From Clostridiales bacterium (lineage in GTDB: Bacteria; Bacillota; Clostridia; Oscillospirales; QAKW01), in the NCBI GenBank assembly GCA_003343605.1, contig QAKW01000071.1, positions 356 to 64,355 on the forward strand: a DNA stretch of 64,000 bases. Reading direction: 5' to 3'. Under the pieces are notes generated by a model, which saw only the letters and a list, made by a program, of their open reading frames with translations, had not been told where the DNA came from and searched no databases. Both the position numbers and the translations under genes were made by a program. Within the stretch, counting starts at the first letter, position 1. The number at the start of each line of letters is the position of its first letter. This document shows positions 44,560 to 53,403 of the stretch, piece after piece.

Positions 44560-45231
44560 ATGAAGGAAGATCAAATCCGCGCGGCTGTCTGCGATGTCTG
44601 CCATAAAATCTGGCAGCAGGGATGGGCGGCGGCCAACGACGGCAACGTTTCGGTAAAGCTGGGAGAAGGCCGGTTTCTTGCAACGCCGACCGGCATCAGC
44701 AAAAGCATGATCACCCCGGAAATGCTGGTGATCATCAATGAAAAAGGAGAACTGCTGCAGGGGGATAGAAAGCCGACGTCGGAAATAAAAATGCACCTGC
44801 GCTGCTACCGGGAGCGGCCCGATGCGGGTGCGGTTGTTCATGCGCATCCCCCAACGGCAACCGGCTATGCGGTTGCCGGTATTCCGCTGGATTCCTATTC
44901 GATGATTGAAACGGTAATTGCCATCGGCTCTGTTCCGATTGCGCCCTACGGCACCCCTTCCACCGCGGAGGTGCCGGAAGCCATTGCGCCGTTTCTTGCG
45001 GAACACGATGTGTTGCTGCTGCAGAATCACGGCGCACTGAGCGTCGGTTGTGATCTGCAATGCGCTTACTACCGGATGGAAACGCTGGAGTTGTTTGCAA
45101 AAATCAGCCTGACCGCCCATTTACTGGGCGGTGCAAAGGAAATTGCGCGCCCGGATATCGAGCGGCTGATCGGCATGCGCGCATCTTACCGCGTTTCCGG
45201 AAGGCACCCGGGCTATAAACATTATCATTAA
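44560..45231 (+). CDS. fucA: class II aldolase, L-fuculose-phosphate aldolase-like
   Basis: NDGNVSVK, TPTG, TSEIKMH and VVHAHPP motifs. It is adjacent to fucI. Confidence 0.75.
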   Translation: MKEDQIRAAVCDVCHKIWQQGWAAANDGNVSVKLGEGRFLATPTGISKSMITPEMLVIINEKGELLQGDRKPTSEIKMHLRCYRERPDAGAVVHAHPPTATGYAVAGIPLDSYSMIETVIAIGSVPIAPYGTPSTAEVPEAIAPFLAEHDVLLLQNHGALSVGCDLQCAYYRMETLELFAKISLTAHLLGGAKEIARPDIERLIGMRASYRVSGRHPGYKHYH

Positions 45232-45268
45232 AAAATCCCTCCCCCATCCGGGGGAGGGATCTGCTTTT
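45231..45268. terminator. bidirectional terminator (fucA / radC convergent)
   Basis: ATCCCTCCCCC-atcc-GGGGGAGGGAT followed by CTGCTTTT. Confidence 0.75.
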
Positions 45269-45961
45269 CTAATAGGCCTTGACAAAATGGCCGCTTTCTT
45301 TCATCGAAAGGCCGGTGCTGCCGCAGATGATCACATGATCCAGCAGCTCAATGCCGAATTTGGAAAGCTGCTCGCGCACATAGCGGGTGCTGGCGATATC
45401 CTGCACGGAGGGATTGGTATCGTTGAAATGATTATGAGCGATCACCACATACCGGCTGCCGGACCGCTGCGCCTGCCGGAGCAGCTTGCCCGCATGGATT
45501 TCCACCGCGTTGATAGAGCCGGTAAACTGAAGGGTGCACTGGATCAGCCGCTTATTTTCATCTAAAAACGCGGCGTAGAGGCACTCCTCTCTGCGCCCGA
45601 TAAACCGGGCGGAAAAGAATTCGATGATCCGCCTGGTATCGATAAAACGCAGGGAGTCCTCCGCCATTTCCTCATAATAGCGGCGGGTAATGCCCGGAAT
45701 CAGCCGCAGCAGAAAGGCGCTGAGCTCGCCCATGTTTTCAACGTCCGTCAGATCTTCCTCTTCCGCTTCGAAAACACCTCTTAAATTTCCGAACCGGGCA
45801 ATCAGCGCATGCCCGATCTGATTGGTATCTTTCCGGCTGATGGCATATCCCAGCAGCAGTTCCAGAAGCTCATGATCAGAGAAGCCATCTAGCCCGTTGG
45901 CGCGGTAGCGCTCCCGCAGCCGCTGCCGGTGACCGCTGTGTACAGATTGTTCCGTTTTCAA
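45269..45961 (-). CDS. radC: RadC-family JAB domain protein
   Basis: HRQRLRERY, ELLELLLGYAI, and the JAMM-like motif VVIAHNHFNDTNPSVQD. Confidence 0.88.
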   Translation of the reverse strand: MKTEQSVHSGHRQRLRERYRANGLDGFSDHELLELLLGYAISRKDTNQIGHALIARFGNLRGVFEAEEEDLTDVENMGELSAFLLRLIPGITRRYYEEMAEDSLRFIDTRRIIEFFSARFIGRREECLYAAFLDENKRLIQCTLQFTGSINAVEIHAGKLLRQAQRSGSRYVVIAHNHFNDTNPSVQDIASTRYVREQLSKFGIELLDHVIICGSTGLSMKESGHFVKAY

Positions 45962-46734
45962 TGGTCCATCACTTCATATACGCCCTTTAACACATATTGC
46001 GGCCGGTACGGGAAGCGCTCCAAATCCTCTTTTTTCGTAACGCCGCTCAGCACCAGCACCGTATCGATTTCGGATTCAATACCGGCAACAATATCGGTAT
46101 CCATCCGGTCGCCGATAATTGCAATATCCTCTTCGTCACACCCCAGAATATTCAGACCGCAGCGCATCATCAGCGGATTGGGCTTTCCAAGATAATAGGC
46201 CTGCTTGCCGGTAGCCAGCTCGATCGGCGCCACCAGCGCCCGGCAGGCCGGCATGATTACACCGTCTTTCCCCGGGCCGGTCAGATCGGAATTGGTTCCG
46301 ATCAGCTGGGCGCCGTTCTGCAGCAGAATCACAGCCTTGCGGATGCTGGAAAAATTATAATTATTGGTTTCCCCCACCACCACGTAATCCGGGTTCACAT
46401 CATTCATCGCAATGCCCGCGCTGTAAAGCGCGTTCATAAGACCGGGTTCGCCGATCACATAGGCGGTGCAGCCCGGCTTCTGCTTGGCCAGGTAGGCCGC
46501 GGTAGAAAGCGCGGAGGTATAAAAATGGGATTCATCGATATCCAGCCCCAGGCGGTTCATCTTGAGCTGCAGCTCTTTGGGGGAACGCTCAGAGCTGTTG
46601 GTGAGGAATAGAAATTTTTTGTTTTCCTGATAGAGCCACTCCACAAATTTCTTTACGCCGGGCAGCAGTTGATTTTCATAATAAATCACGCCGTCCATAT
46701 CGCAGATAAAGCCTTTTTTATCTTTTAAATTCAA
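45958..46734 (-). CDS. HAD-IIA (NagD/AraL-like) sugar phosphatase
   Basis: CDMDGVIY, FLTNSS and IGDRMDTDIVAGIESEIDTVLVLSGVT motifs. Its stop overlaps the radC start. Confidence 0.85.
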   Translation of the reverse strand: MNLKDKKGFICDMDGVIYYENQLLPGVKKFVEWLYQENKKFLFLTNSSERSPKELQLKMNRLGLDIDESHFYTSALSTAAYLAKQKPGCTAYVIGEPGLMNALYSAGIAMNDVNPDYVVVGETNNYNFSSIRKAVILLQNGAQLIGTNSDLTGPGKDGVIMPACRALVAPIELATGKQAYYLGKPNPLMMRCGLNILGCDEEDIAIIGDRMDTDIVAGIESEIDTVLVLSGVTKKEDLERFPYRPQYVLKGVYEVMDH

Positions 46735-46751
46735 TCAAATCCCTCCTGCAA

Positions 46752-48029
46752 TTAAACATAATCCATCGGATCGATCCCCATCATCGGCAGCAGCCGCGTA
46801 ATCAGCAGCCGGTACCGCATATAGGGATGATAGCGCATTGCATCCGCCATAAACTCGGCGCTCACATTCACTTCCTCCGGTGTGGTCGGCGCGCCGGCTG
46901 TTTTCATCAGATCCAGCAGCTCCTGATTGCCGGGGAGCGTATCCAGAATGATCCGGCGGATCTCCGGCCATTTTTCTTCCAGCTTCTTTGGATCCACCAG
47001 ATCGGTGATGGTGGGCTGGTTGAGCTTTTTCACGTCTGCGTGCAGCTTGGGATCATAATGGGCGTAAACCTGCTCCCAATCGGTCTGGTCCGCGGTGCAG
47101 TGAATGGTTTCAAAGGTTTCCGCAAGGTTGCGGTAGAGCCGGTTGCAGTAGACCGTTGCAACGCCGACCTTACGGCCGTGATAATCCGGCCAGATCCCCT
47201 TGATAACCTTGTGGCATTCAAGATAATGGGAAACCACATGCTCTGCGCCGCTGGCCGGGCGGGAACAGCCGGCCAGCTTCATGGCAAGCCCTGTCATAAT
47301 CAGCGCCTCCATAACAGCGCCGGCGGCTTCTTCGCTCTCTTCGGTAATCCGGCCTGCCAGCGCGGCGATGCGGTCGGTGGCTTCCTGGGTGATCGCCGCA
47401 ACCCGCTCGCAATAATATTCATCGATCAGCAGATGGGCGACCCTCCAGTCTACCAGCCCGATATATTTGGCCATCATATCGCCAAAGCCCGATGATTTCA
47501 AAACGGCGGGCGCCTTTGCCAGAATGGCCGTATCGGCAATAATCACCATCGGCTGCGCCGCCTGCCAGGAGGATTTGAAATTATTTTCAACAATCGGCGC
47601 CGTATCGGAGGCAAAGCCATCCATAGAAGGAGCCGTGGCAAAAATACAGAACTTTTTCCTGCGCTCAAAGGCGGCAACCCGGCATATATCGTTGAGTGAA
47701 CCGGTGCCGACGGAAATGATTCCCTCCACGTCTTCCGCCAGCGCTTCCACCTCGCGCACCTGCTCAACCCGGGCATATTTCATATCTTCATAGACCAGCT
47801 GCTTTACGGTAAAGCCCTTGCTTTGCAGGCTTTCCAAGATCCCGGCGCTTACGCCCAGCGTATTCTGATCGGCCACCAGAAGGACCGTGGACGGAAACCC
47901 GGCTTTCGACAGAATCTCGCCGGTTTTTGAAGTCAGCCCGCTGCCGATTTCAACCACCTGGGTATCGAAGGTGTGTTTTCTGCCGCAGGGGCAGTTATCA
48001 AGCCCCATGACAATTTTTTTTAAATCCAT
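46752..48029 (-). CDS. sn-glycerol-1-phosphate dehydrogenase (AraM/EgsA-like, Fe-ADH/DHQS superfamily)
   Basis: GTGSLNDICR, ATAPSMDGFASD, GFGDMMAKY and SGAEHVVSH...HG motifs. RBS GGGAGGAG lies 7 nt before ATG 48029. Confidence 0.8.
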   Translation of the reverse strand: MDLKKIVMGLDNCPCGRKHTFDTQVVEIGSGLTSKTGEILSKAGFPSTVLLVADQNTLGVSAGILESLQSKGFTVKQLVYEDMKYARVEQVREVEALAEDVEGIISVGTGSLNDICRVAAFERRKKFCIFATAPSMDGFASDTAPIVENNFKSSWQAAQPMVIIADTAILAKAPAVLKSSGFGDMMAKYIGLVDWRVAHLLIDEYYCERVAAITQEATDRIAALAGRITEESEEAAGAVMEALIMTGLAMKLAGCSRPASGAEHVVSHYLECHKVIKGIWPDYHGRKVGVATVYCNRLYRNLAETFETIHCTADQTDWEQVYAHYDPKLHADVKKLNQPTITDLVDPKKLEEKWPEIRRIILDTLPGNQELLDLMKTAGAPTTPEEVNVSAEFMADAMRYHPYMRYRLLITRLLPMMGIDPMDYV

Positions 48030-48244
48030 GTAAAAGCTCCTCCCGCAAAAATATATTTTTATTTTATCACCGTTTTCCATAAATTGCAATAAAACCATGC
48101 GGGTTCCCGCATTTTTTTATTGCACCGGCAGCCGCCGCAGCGTTTTTTTAATCTTTGCTGATTTTCTTGAAAGAATTTTCCAGGTATGATATGATAAGAG
48201 TATTCTGTTCGGAAGATCATTCAAATAAAGGAGATGTTTGCAGT

Positions 48245-49678
48245 ATGAAACCAGCCCCCGAAAATTATGCGATCTGGCCCTCGGTTGTTCCGGCCGGCCG
48301 GCAGACGGAAATGACGATCCGGGCCAATGAAAACGCCTTTCTTTTCTGGGAGGGGCGGGCGTATACCGTGATTGTGATTCCGGTGGATTCGGATGTGCCG
48401 GATTATCACGCGCCGGGCAACAGAACGGCGCTTAAGGCAATCGGCCACAACGGCGTCCTGCAGTTTCACTTTCTGTTCAGCAGCGAACAGGAATTTCAAC
48501 TGGACTTATATGATGGGGAGCGCCTTTTGCAGACATTTTCTGTTTACGCGCTGGAATCCGATCTTTATACGCTGCGGCCTTTAAAGGGAGACCTTCACTG
48601 CCACAGCTTCCGGTCCGACGGCCGGCGGGATCCGGCGGCCCTTGCCGGGCATTACCGGGAGCAGGGCTATGATTTCATGGCGCTGACCGATCACAACCGG
48701 TTTGCGCCCGGCGCGGAAATTCTCGATGCCTATCGCGCGGTTTCCCTCGGCATTACAGTTTTGCGCGGGGAAGAAGTGCATGCGCCCGGAAGCGTGGTTC
48801 ATATCGTGCATGTCGGCGGCGCCGAGGGTGTTGCCGATACGTATGTGCATGATCAGCCCCGCTATCTCCGGGAGCTGGAGGAGTGCGGCAAGGCGCTGCC
48901 CGATACGCTTCCCCCGCAATACCGCGAACGTTATATCAAAGCGGAATGGGCCTGCCGGGCGATTCACCGTGCGGGCGGGCTCGCCATCTTCCCCCACCCC
49001 TATTGGCAGCCCGCGGAATCCAGAAGCTATAACGTGTGCAATGAGCTGATTCCCTTCTTTTTTCAAAGCGGCTTTTTCGATGCTTACGAGCTGGTCGGCG
49101 GTATGGGGCAGCGGGGCATCAACCTTTCGGTGGCGCTCTGGAACGATCTGCGCGCCGAAGGCGTTCGGATCCCGGTTGTGGGCAGCAGCGACGTTCATGC
49201 GCTGAGAAAATACGGAGGAGATGAACCGTTTCCCAATCTGTTTACCATTGCCTTTGCCGGGCAAAACGAAAGCGCCTCGATTTTAGAAGCGGTCCGCCGG
49301 GGCCTCACCGTGGCCGTGGAGGCCACCGGAGAGGGCGGCAGGCGGGAATACCGCTGCTATGGCAGCCGCAGGCTGGTGGCGTTTGCGCAGTATCTGCTGG
49401 CCTGTTATTTCCCCCGCACCCACCGGATAATGGAGGGCGAGGGCGTGATCATGCGGCAATATCTGATCGGGGAGGCCGATCACGCGCTGCTCAACGCCAT
49501 GACCGGCCGGGCGGATGCCTTTTACCGCCGCTTCTTCGGCAGGGAGGCGCCTGTTTTACCGGGCATCGAGCAGCTTGCTTTTGAGGAGAAATGGCGTGCG
49601 GTTCAGATGGAAGGCCCGGTTACCAAAGGGGGCTCCATTGCGCTTTACGGCGATCATAAAAATAAACGGCAGATTTAA
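48245..49678 (+). CDS. PHP-domain (CehA/McbA-like) metallohydrolase with an N-terminal beta-rich domain; start uncertain
   Basis: GDLHCHSFRSDG...ALTDHN...GEEVH PHP motifs. The track ORF begins at TTG 48155. Confidence 0.7.
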   Translation: MKPAPENYAIWPSVVPAGRQTEMTIRANENAFLFWEGRAYTVIVIPVDSDVPDYHAPGNRTALKAIGHNGVLQFHFLFSSEQEFQLDLYDGERLLQTFSVYALESDLYTLRPLKGDLHCHSFRSDGRRDPAALAGHYREQGYDFMALTDHNRFAPGAEILDAYRAVSLGITVLRGEEVHAPGSVVHIVHVGGAEGVADTYVHDQPRYLRELEECGKALPDTLPPQYRERYIKAEWACRAIHRAGGLAIFPHPYWQPAESRSYNVCNELIPFFFQSGFFDAYELVGGMGQRGINLSVALWNDLRAEGVRIPVVGSSDVHALRKYGGDEPFPNLFTIAFAGQNESASILEAVRRGLTVAVEATGEGGRREYRCYGSRRLVAFAQYLLACYFPRTHRIMEGEGVIMRQYLIGEADHALLNAMTGRADAFYRRFFGREAPVLPGIEQLAFEEKWRAVQMEGPVTKGGSIALYGDHKNKRQI

Positions 49679-49744
49679 GAGCCTTACCCGAAGCGCGCTG
49701 TTCATAATCAGCGCACCTCCTGCTCATACGGGTAAATTCAATGC

Positions 49745-49773
49745 TTGACATATACCATGAAAAAAATTATAAT
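49745..49773 (+). promoter_or_regulatory. consensus promoter TTGACA-17-TATAAT for GT2-yfhO
   Basis: Perfect hexamers and spacing, about 25 nt before the RBS of the GT2 gene. Confidence 0.7.
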
Positions 49774-49799
49774 ATTCAAAATGAAAGGAGCGTACGCGG

Positions 49800-50741
49800 A
49801 TGAAATTATCGCTGATCGTGCCCTGCTTCAATGAGCAGGATAACGTATTTCCCTTCTTTACAGCCTGTAAGGAGGTCTTTCACGGTCTATTCGATTACGA
49901 GCTGGTCTTTATCAACGACGGGAGCCGGGATCAGACCTGGGAAAAATTAAAGGAGCTGCGGGAGTGTAACCCGGAAACCCCGATGAAACTGATCAATTTT
50001 TCCCGTAATTTCGGGAAAGAGGCCGCCATTTATTCAGGATTTCAGCACGCCGCGGGAGAATATGTTACAGTGATCGACGCCGATCTGCAGCAGCGCCCGG
50101 AGGTTGCGCTCGAAATGGTGCGCCTGCTGGACAAGCATCAGGAATATGATTCCATCGCCGCCTATCAGCAAAAACGCAAAGAGGGCCGGTTTATGACCTT
50201 CTGCAAAAAAATGTTTTACAAGCTCATCAACCGGATCTGCGATATTGATTTCTATTCCGGCGCAAGCGATTTCCGCACGTTTCGGCGGGTGATGGCCGAT
50301 GCTATTGTAAACATGCGGGAATACCACCGTTTTTCCAAAGGAATCTTTTCCTGGGTGGGCTTTCAAACGCACTATATTCCCTACACGGCGGAGGAACGGA
50401 ATGCCGGAAAAAGCTCCTGGTCTTTCCGCAAGCTTCTCAAATACGCCATGGAGGGCTTTCTCTCGTTTACCACCTTTCCGCTCCGGCTCGCAACCTATCT
50501 GGGCGCCGGCACCTCCTTTATCGCCATTATTTATCTGATTGTTGTAATTATTCAAAAGCTGACGCATCATATCGCGGTTCCCGGCTATGCGACCATCGTG
50601 GTGTTAATTCTGCTGATGGGCGGCATACAGCTGATTATTCTGGGCGTAATCGGCGAATATCTGGCCAGAATTTATATCGAGAGCAAAAAACGGCCGATCT
50701 GTATTGAAAAAGAATATATTACCTATGAGGAAAAGGAATAA
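49800..50741 (+). CDS. glycosyltransferase family 2, polyprenol-phosphate sugar synthase type (GtrB/CsbB-like)
   Basis: SLIVPCFNE, DDGSRD and DADLQ (DXD) motifs, with two C-terminal TM helices. Confidence 0.85.
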   Translation: MKLSLIVPCFNEQDNVFPFFTACKEVFHGLFDYELVFINDGSRDQTWEKLKELRECNPETPMKLINFSRNFGKEAAIYSGFQHAAGEYVTVIDADLQQRPEVALEMVRLLDKHQEYDSIAAYQQKRKEGRFMTFCKKMFYKLINRICDIDFYSGASDFRTFRRVMADAIVNMREYHRFSKGIFSWVGFQTHYIPYTAEERNAGKSSWSFRKLLKYAMEGFLSFTTFPLRLATYLGAGTSFIAIIYLIVVIIQKLTHHIAVPGYATIVVLILLMGGIQLIILGVIGEYLARIYIESKKRPICIEKEYITYEEKE

Positions 50742-50746
50742 CAGCT

Positions 50747-53317
50747 ATGCAGCAAACAAAAAAGAACCCCTTTTGGAGAAAAAACCTCCTGTGGATCCTG
50801 CTGGCATTTTTATTACCCGGGATTCTGGAGCTGATTTTCCTGATGGTGCAGGGATATGCGCCGTTTGGAAACAAAAGCCTCGCAGTGATGGATGCCGACA
50901 TTCAATATCTGGATTTTTTCCGTTATTTACGGCAGGTGCTGCGCGGGGAGGACTCCCTGCTTTACAGTTTTTCTATTTTTCTGGGCGATTCCGGGATCGG
51001 GATTTTTGCCTATTATCTTGCCTCTCCGCTCAATTTCCTGATCCTGCTCTTTAAGGATGGGCAGGAACACGCCTTTTTCAGCCTGCTTGTTTTGCTGAAG
51101 CTGTCGCTGGGCGGGCTCACATCGTATCTGTTTATCAGCAAGCGTTTTCCGCAGCTGCCCGTTGTGTTCGGCCTTTCCCTCTCCTGCTGCTATGCGCTGA
51201 TGCATTATTCGGTCTTCCAATCCAGCAACATTATGTGGCTCGATGGCGTTTATATGCTGCCGCTTCTTCTGCTGGGCGTCTGGCAGATGATGCAGGGAAA
51301 AAAGATGCTTCTTTATACGCTCGCGCTGACGGCCTCCATTCTCTTTAACTGGTACAGCGCGTTTTTCAATTGCTGCACGATTGTGATCTATCTTCTGTTT
51401 GAAATGTTTTTCTTTTCAAAAGAAATCGGGCCGCTGCGCGGGAATCTTCTCCTTATTTTAAAAACCGGGGCGTGCAGCCTCCTCTCCGTTGCGCTCAGCG
51501 CGGTGCTGTTTTATCCCAACATTCTTGCGCTGCTGCGGGGTAAAGGCATCGGGAGCTGGGTGGTCAGAAATCAGTTCAACGGAAATCTGCTGAGTATTTT
51601 TTCCGGCCTATCCATCGGCAGCGGAAGCGACCACGGATTCCCCGCTTTCTTTTGCGGCAGCCTGGTTTTTCTCGGCGTAGTGCTGTTTTTTGTTTTAAAG
51701 GGCCACAGCCTGAAATATAAGATTAAAAACGGCGTTTTTCTGCTGTTGCTTGCGCTGCTGTTTTATTACTATCCGCTGGAATTTCTTATGAACGGCATGC
51801 GGGAAGTCTTCTCTTATTTTTACCGCTATGCCTATATTGTCGTTCCGTTTTTCATGATCTATGCGGCCGATGCGTTGATCCGGCTGAAAACAGCGGAAAA
51901 ACCGCTCGTGCCCCTCACCGCGGCTGCTGCGTTTACTGCCGGCGCACTCCTGCTCGATCAGTATATTACCGGCGCCGCCGGAAGGCTTTTTTCCGTTTAC
52001 GCAACCATGGCGTTCCTGCTGCTGCTGGCCGCCCTGCTTTACCATTGGCGGTGCCGCGGCGTTGCAAACTCCCGGTGCGCGGCGGCCTTTGGTATTTTTC
52101 TGATGGGCGCATCCTGCCTGGAGCTTCTGATCAATAATGTGAAGGTAAACCAGCACCTGCTCAACGGATATACGCTGTGTGCCGATGTTTCAGCATATTC
52201 CGAATATGTTGCGGAGCAGACCGCGCAGATCGCGGCGTTGAAGGCGGCGGATTCTTCCTTTTACCGCATATCTCAGACCACCCCCCGCTATATGGGCACC
52301 GACGGCCGCACCGCATTTTATAACGAGCCGATGTCTTATGGCTATCATGGCATTACCCATTACTCCTCTACCAACGACATTCTGGCGGCACAGATGATGA
52401 TCCGCCTGGGATATTCCACAGTGATGGAGATGCCGGTGAACAACACCCGGATTCTCAGCAGCGATGCGATGCTGGGCGTTAAATATATCCTCAGCGAGCA
52501 GCCGATTGCCGGCCTGCAGAAACTGGAATCCATGCCCCAGAGCAACGGGAAATCCGTTTACCTGAATCCGTTTGCCCTTTCGAGCGCATTGATTTATAAT
52601 GAAGGGGAAAAGGCTGTATATGATGGAAATCCCTTTGAATATCAGAACCGGCTGTTCAGCGAATTATGCGGAAAGAACGTGGCGGTTTTCAAGCCTGTGG
52701 AGCCGGAGCGGGTTAAGGAAAGCGATAATGTTTATTATACCATGCCAAACGCCGGTTCACGGCAGATCCTCTACGGCTGCATTGAGACTTCAGAGTATCT
52801 TCACGCAAAGCTCTATGCGGATGAGCAGTTTCTCTGTGAATATTCCTGCTGGCTGACCAACCGGGCGTTTACGGTGCCCACCGGCACAGAGGAGCTGGTA
52901 ACCGTGCGCCTGGCCAATGTATGGGATGAGAATATCATTCAGGAGGAATGGTTTTATTATCTTGACCTGGACGTTCTGGAAGAGATTTCCATCCTGCTGA
53001 ATTCCCGCGCCGCCGCCTGCAATATCCAAAACGGCAGGGTTTCCTGCCGGGTATCCGGCCGGGCGGGGGAGCAATTGCTGCTGCAGGTGCCCTATAGCGA
53101 GGGCTGGTCGATCCGGCTGAACGGGAAGGAATTAAGCGAAGTAGACCGGTTTGCCGACTGCCTGGTTTCAATACCGCTCGAAGAAGGAGAGAATACCGTT
53201 GAGATGGTTTATCATGTGCCGGGGCTGAAGGCCGGCGCGGTTTGTACGCTGCTGGCGGCATTGGGGCTTGCGTTATACGGCGCTTTTCTGCTCTATCAAA
53301 AGCGCAGGAAAAAATGA
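50747..53317 (+). CDS. YfhO family polytopic membrane glycosyltransferase
   Basis: 856 aa, more than 10 TM helices followed by an extracytoplasmic domain and a C-terminal TM. It is paired with the GT2 gene. Confidence 0.8.
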   Translation: MQQTKKNPFWRKNLLWILLAFLLPGILELIFLMVQGYAPFGNKSLAVMDADIQYLDFFRYLRQVLRGEDSLLYSFSIFLGDSGIGIFAYYLASPLNFLILLFKDGQEHAFFSLLVLLKLSLGGLTSYLFISKRFPQLPVVFGLSLSCCYALMHYSVFQSSNIMWLDGVYMLPLLLLGVWQMMQGKKMLLYTLALTASILFNWYSAFFNCCTIVIYLLFEMFFFSKEIGPLRGNLLLILKTGACSLLSVALSAVLFYPNILALLRGKGIGSWVVRNQFNGNLLSIFSGLSIGSGSDHGFPAFFCGSLVFLGVVLFFVLKGHSLKYKIKNGVFLLLLALLFYYYPLEFLMNGMREVFSYFYRYAYIVVPFFMIYAADALIRLKTAEKPLVPLTAAAAFTAGALLLDQYITGAAGRLFSVYATMAFLLLLAALLYHWRCRGVANSRCAAAFGIFLMGASCLELLINNVKVNQHLLNGYTLCADVSAYSEYVAEQTAQIAALKAADSSFYRISQTTPRYMGTDGRTAFYNEPMSYGYHGITHYSSTNDILAAQMMIRLGYSTVMEMPVNNTRILSSDAMLGVKYILSEQPIAGLQKLESMPQSNGKSVYLNPFALSSALIYNEGEKAVYDGNPFEYQNRLFSELCGKNVAVFKPVEPERVKESDNVYYTMPNAGSRQILYGCIETSEYLHAKLYADEQFLCEYSCWLTNRAFTVPTGTEELVTVRLANVWDENIIQEEWFYYLDLDVLEEISILLNSRAAACNIQNGRVSCRVSGRAGEQLLLQVPYSEGWSIRLNGKELSEVDRFADCLVSIPLEEGENTVEMVYHVPGLKAGAVCTLLAALGLALYGAFLLYQKRRKK

Positions 53318-53357
53318 ATCTGCGCTGTGTAGATTTTGAATAGGATTTTGCAAAAGA

Positions 53358-53392
53358 GAAATTCCTCCTGCGGCAGCAGGAGGAATTTTTTT
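53358..53392. terminator. bidirectional terminator
   Basis: AAATTCCTCCTGC-ggca-GCAGGAGGAATTTTTTT. Confidence 0.8.
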
Positions 53393-53403
53393 ATGCTTTG
53401 TTT

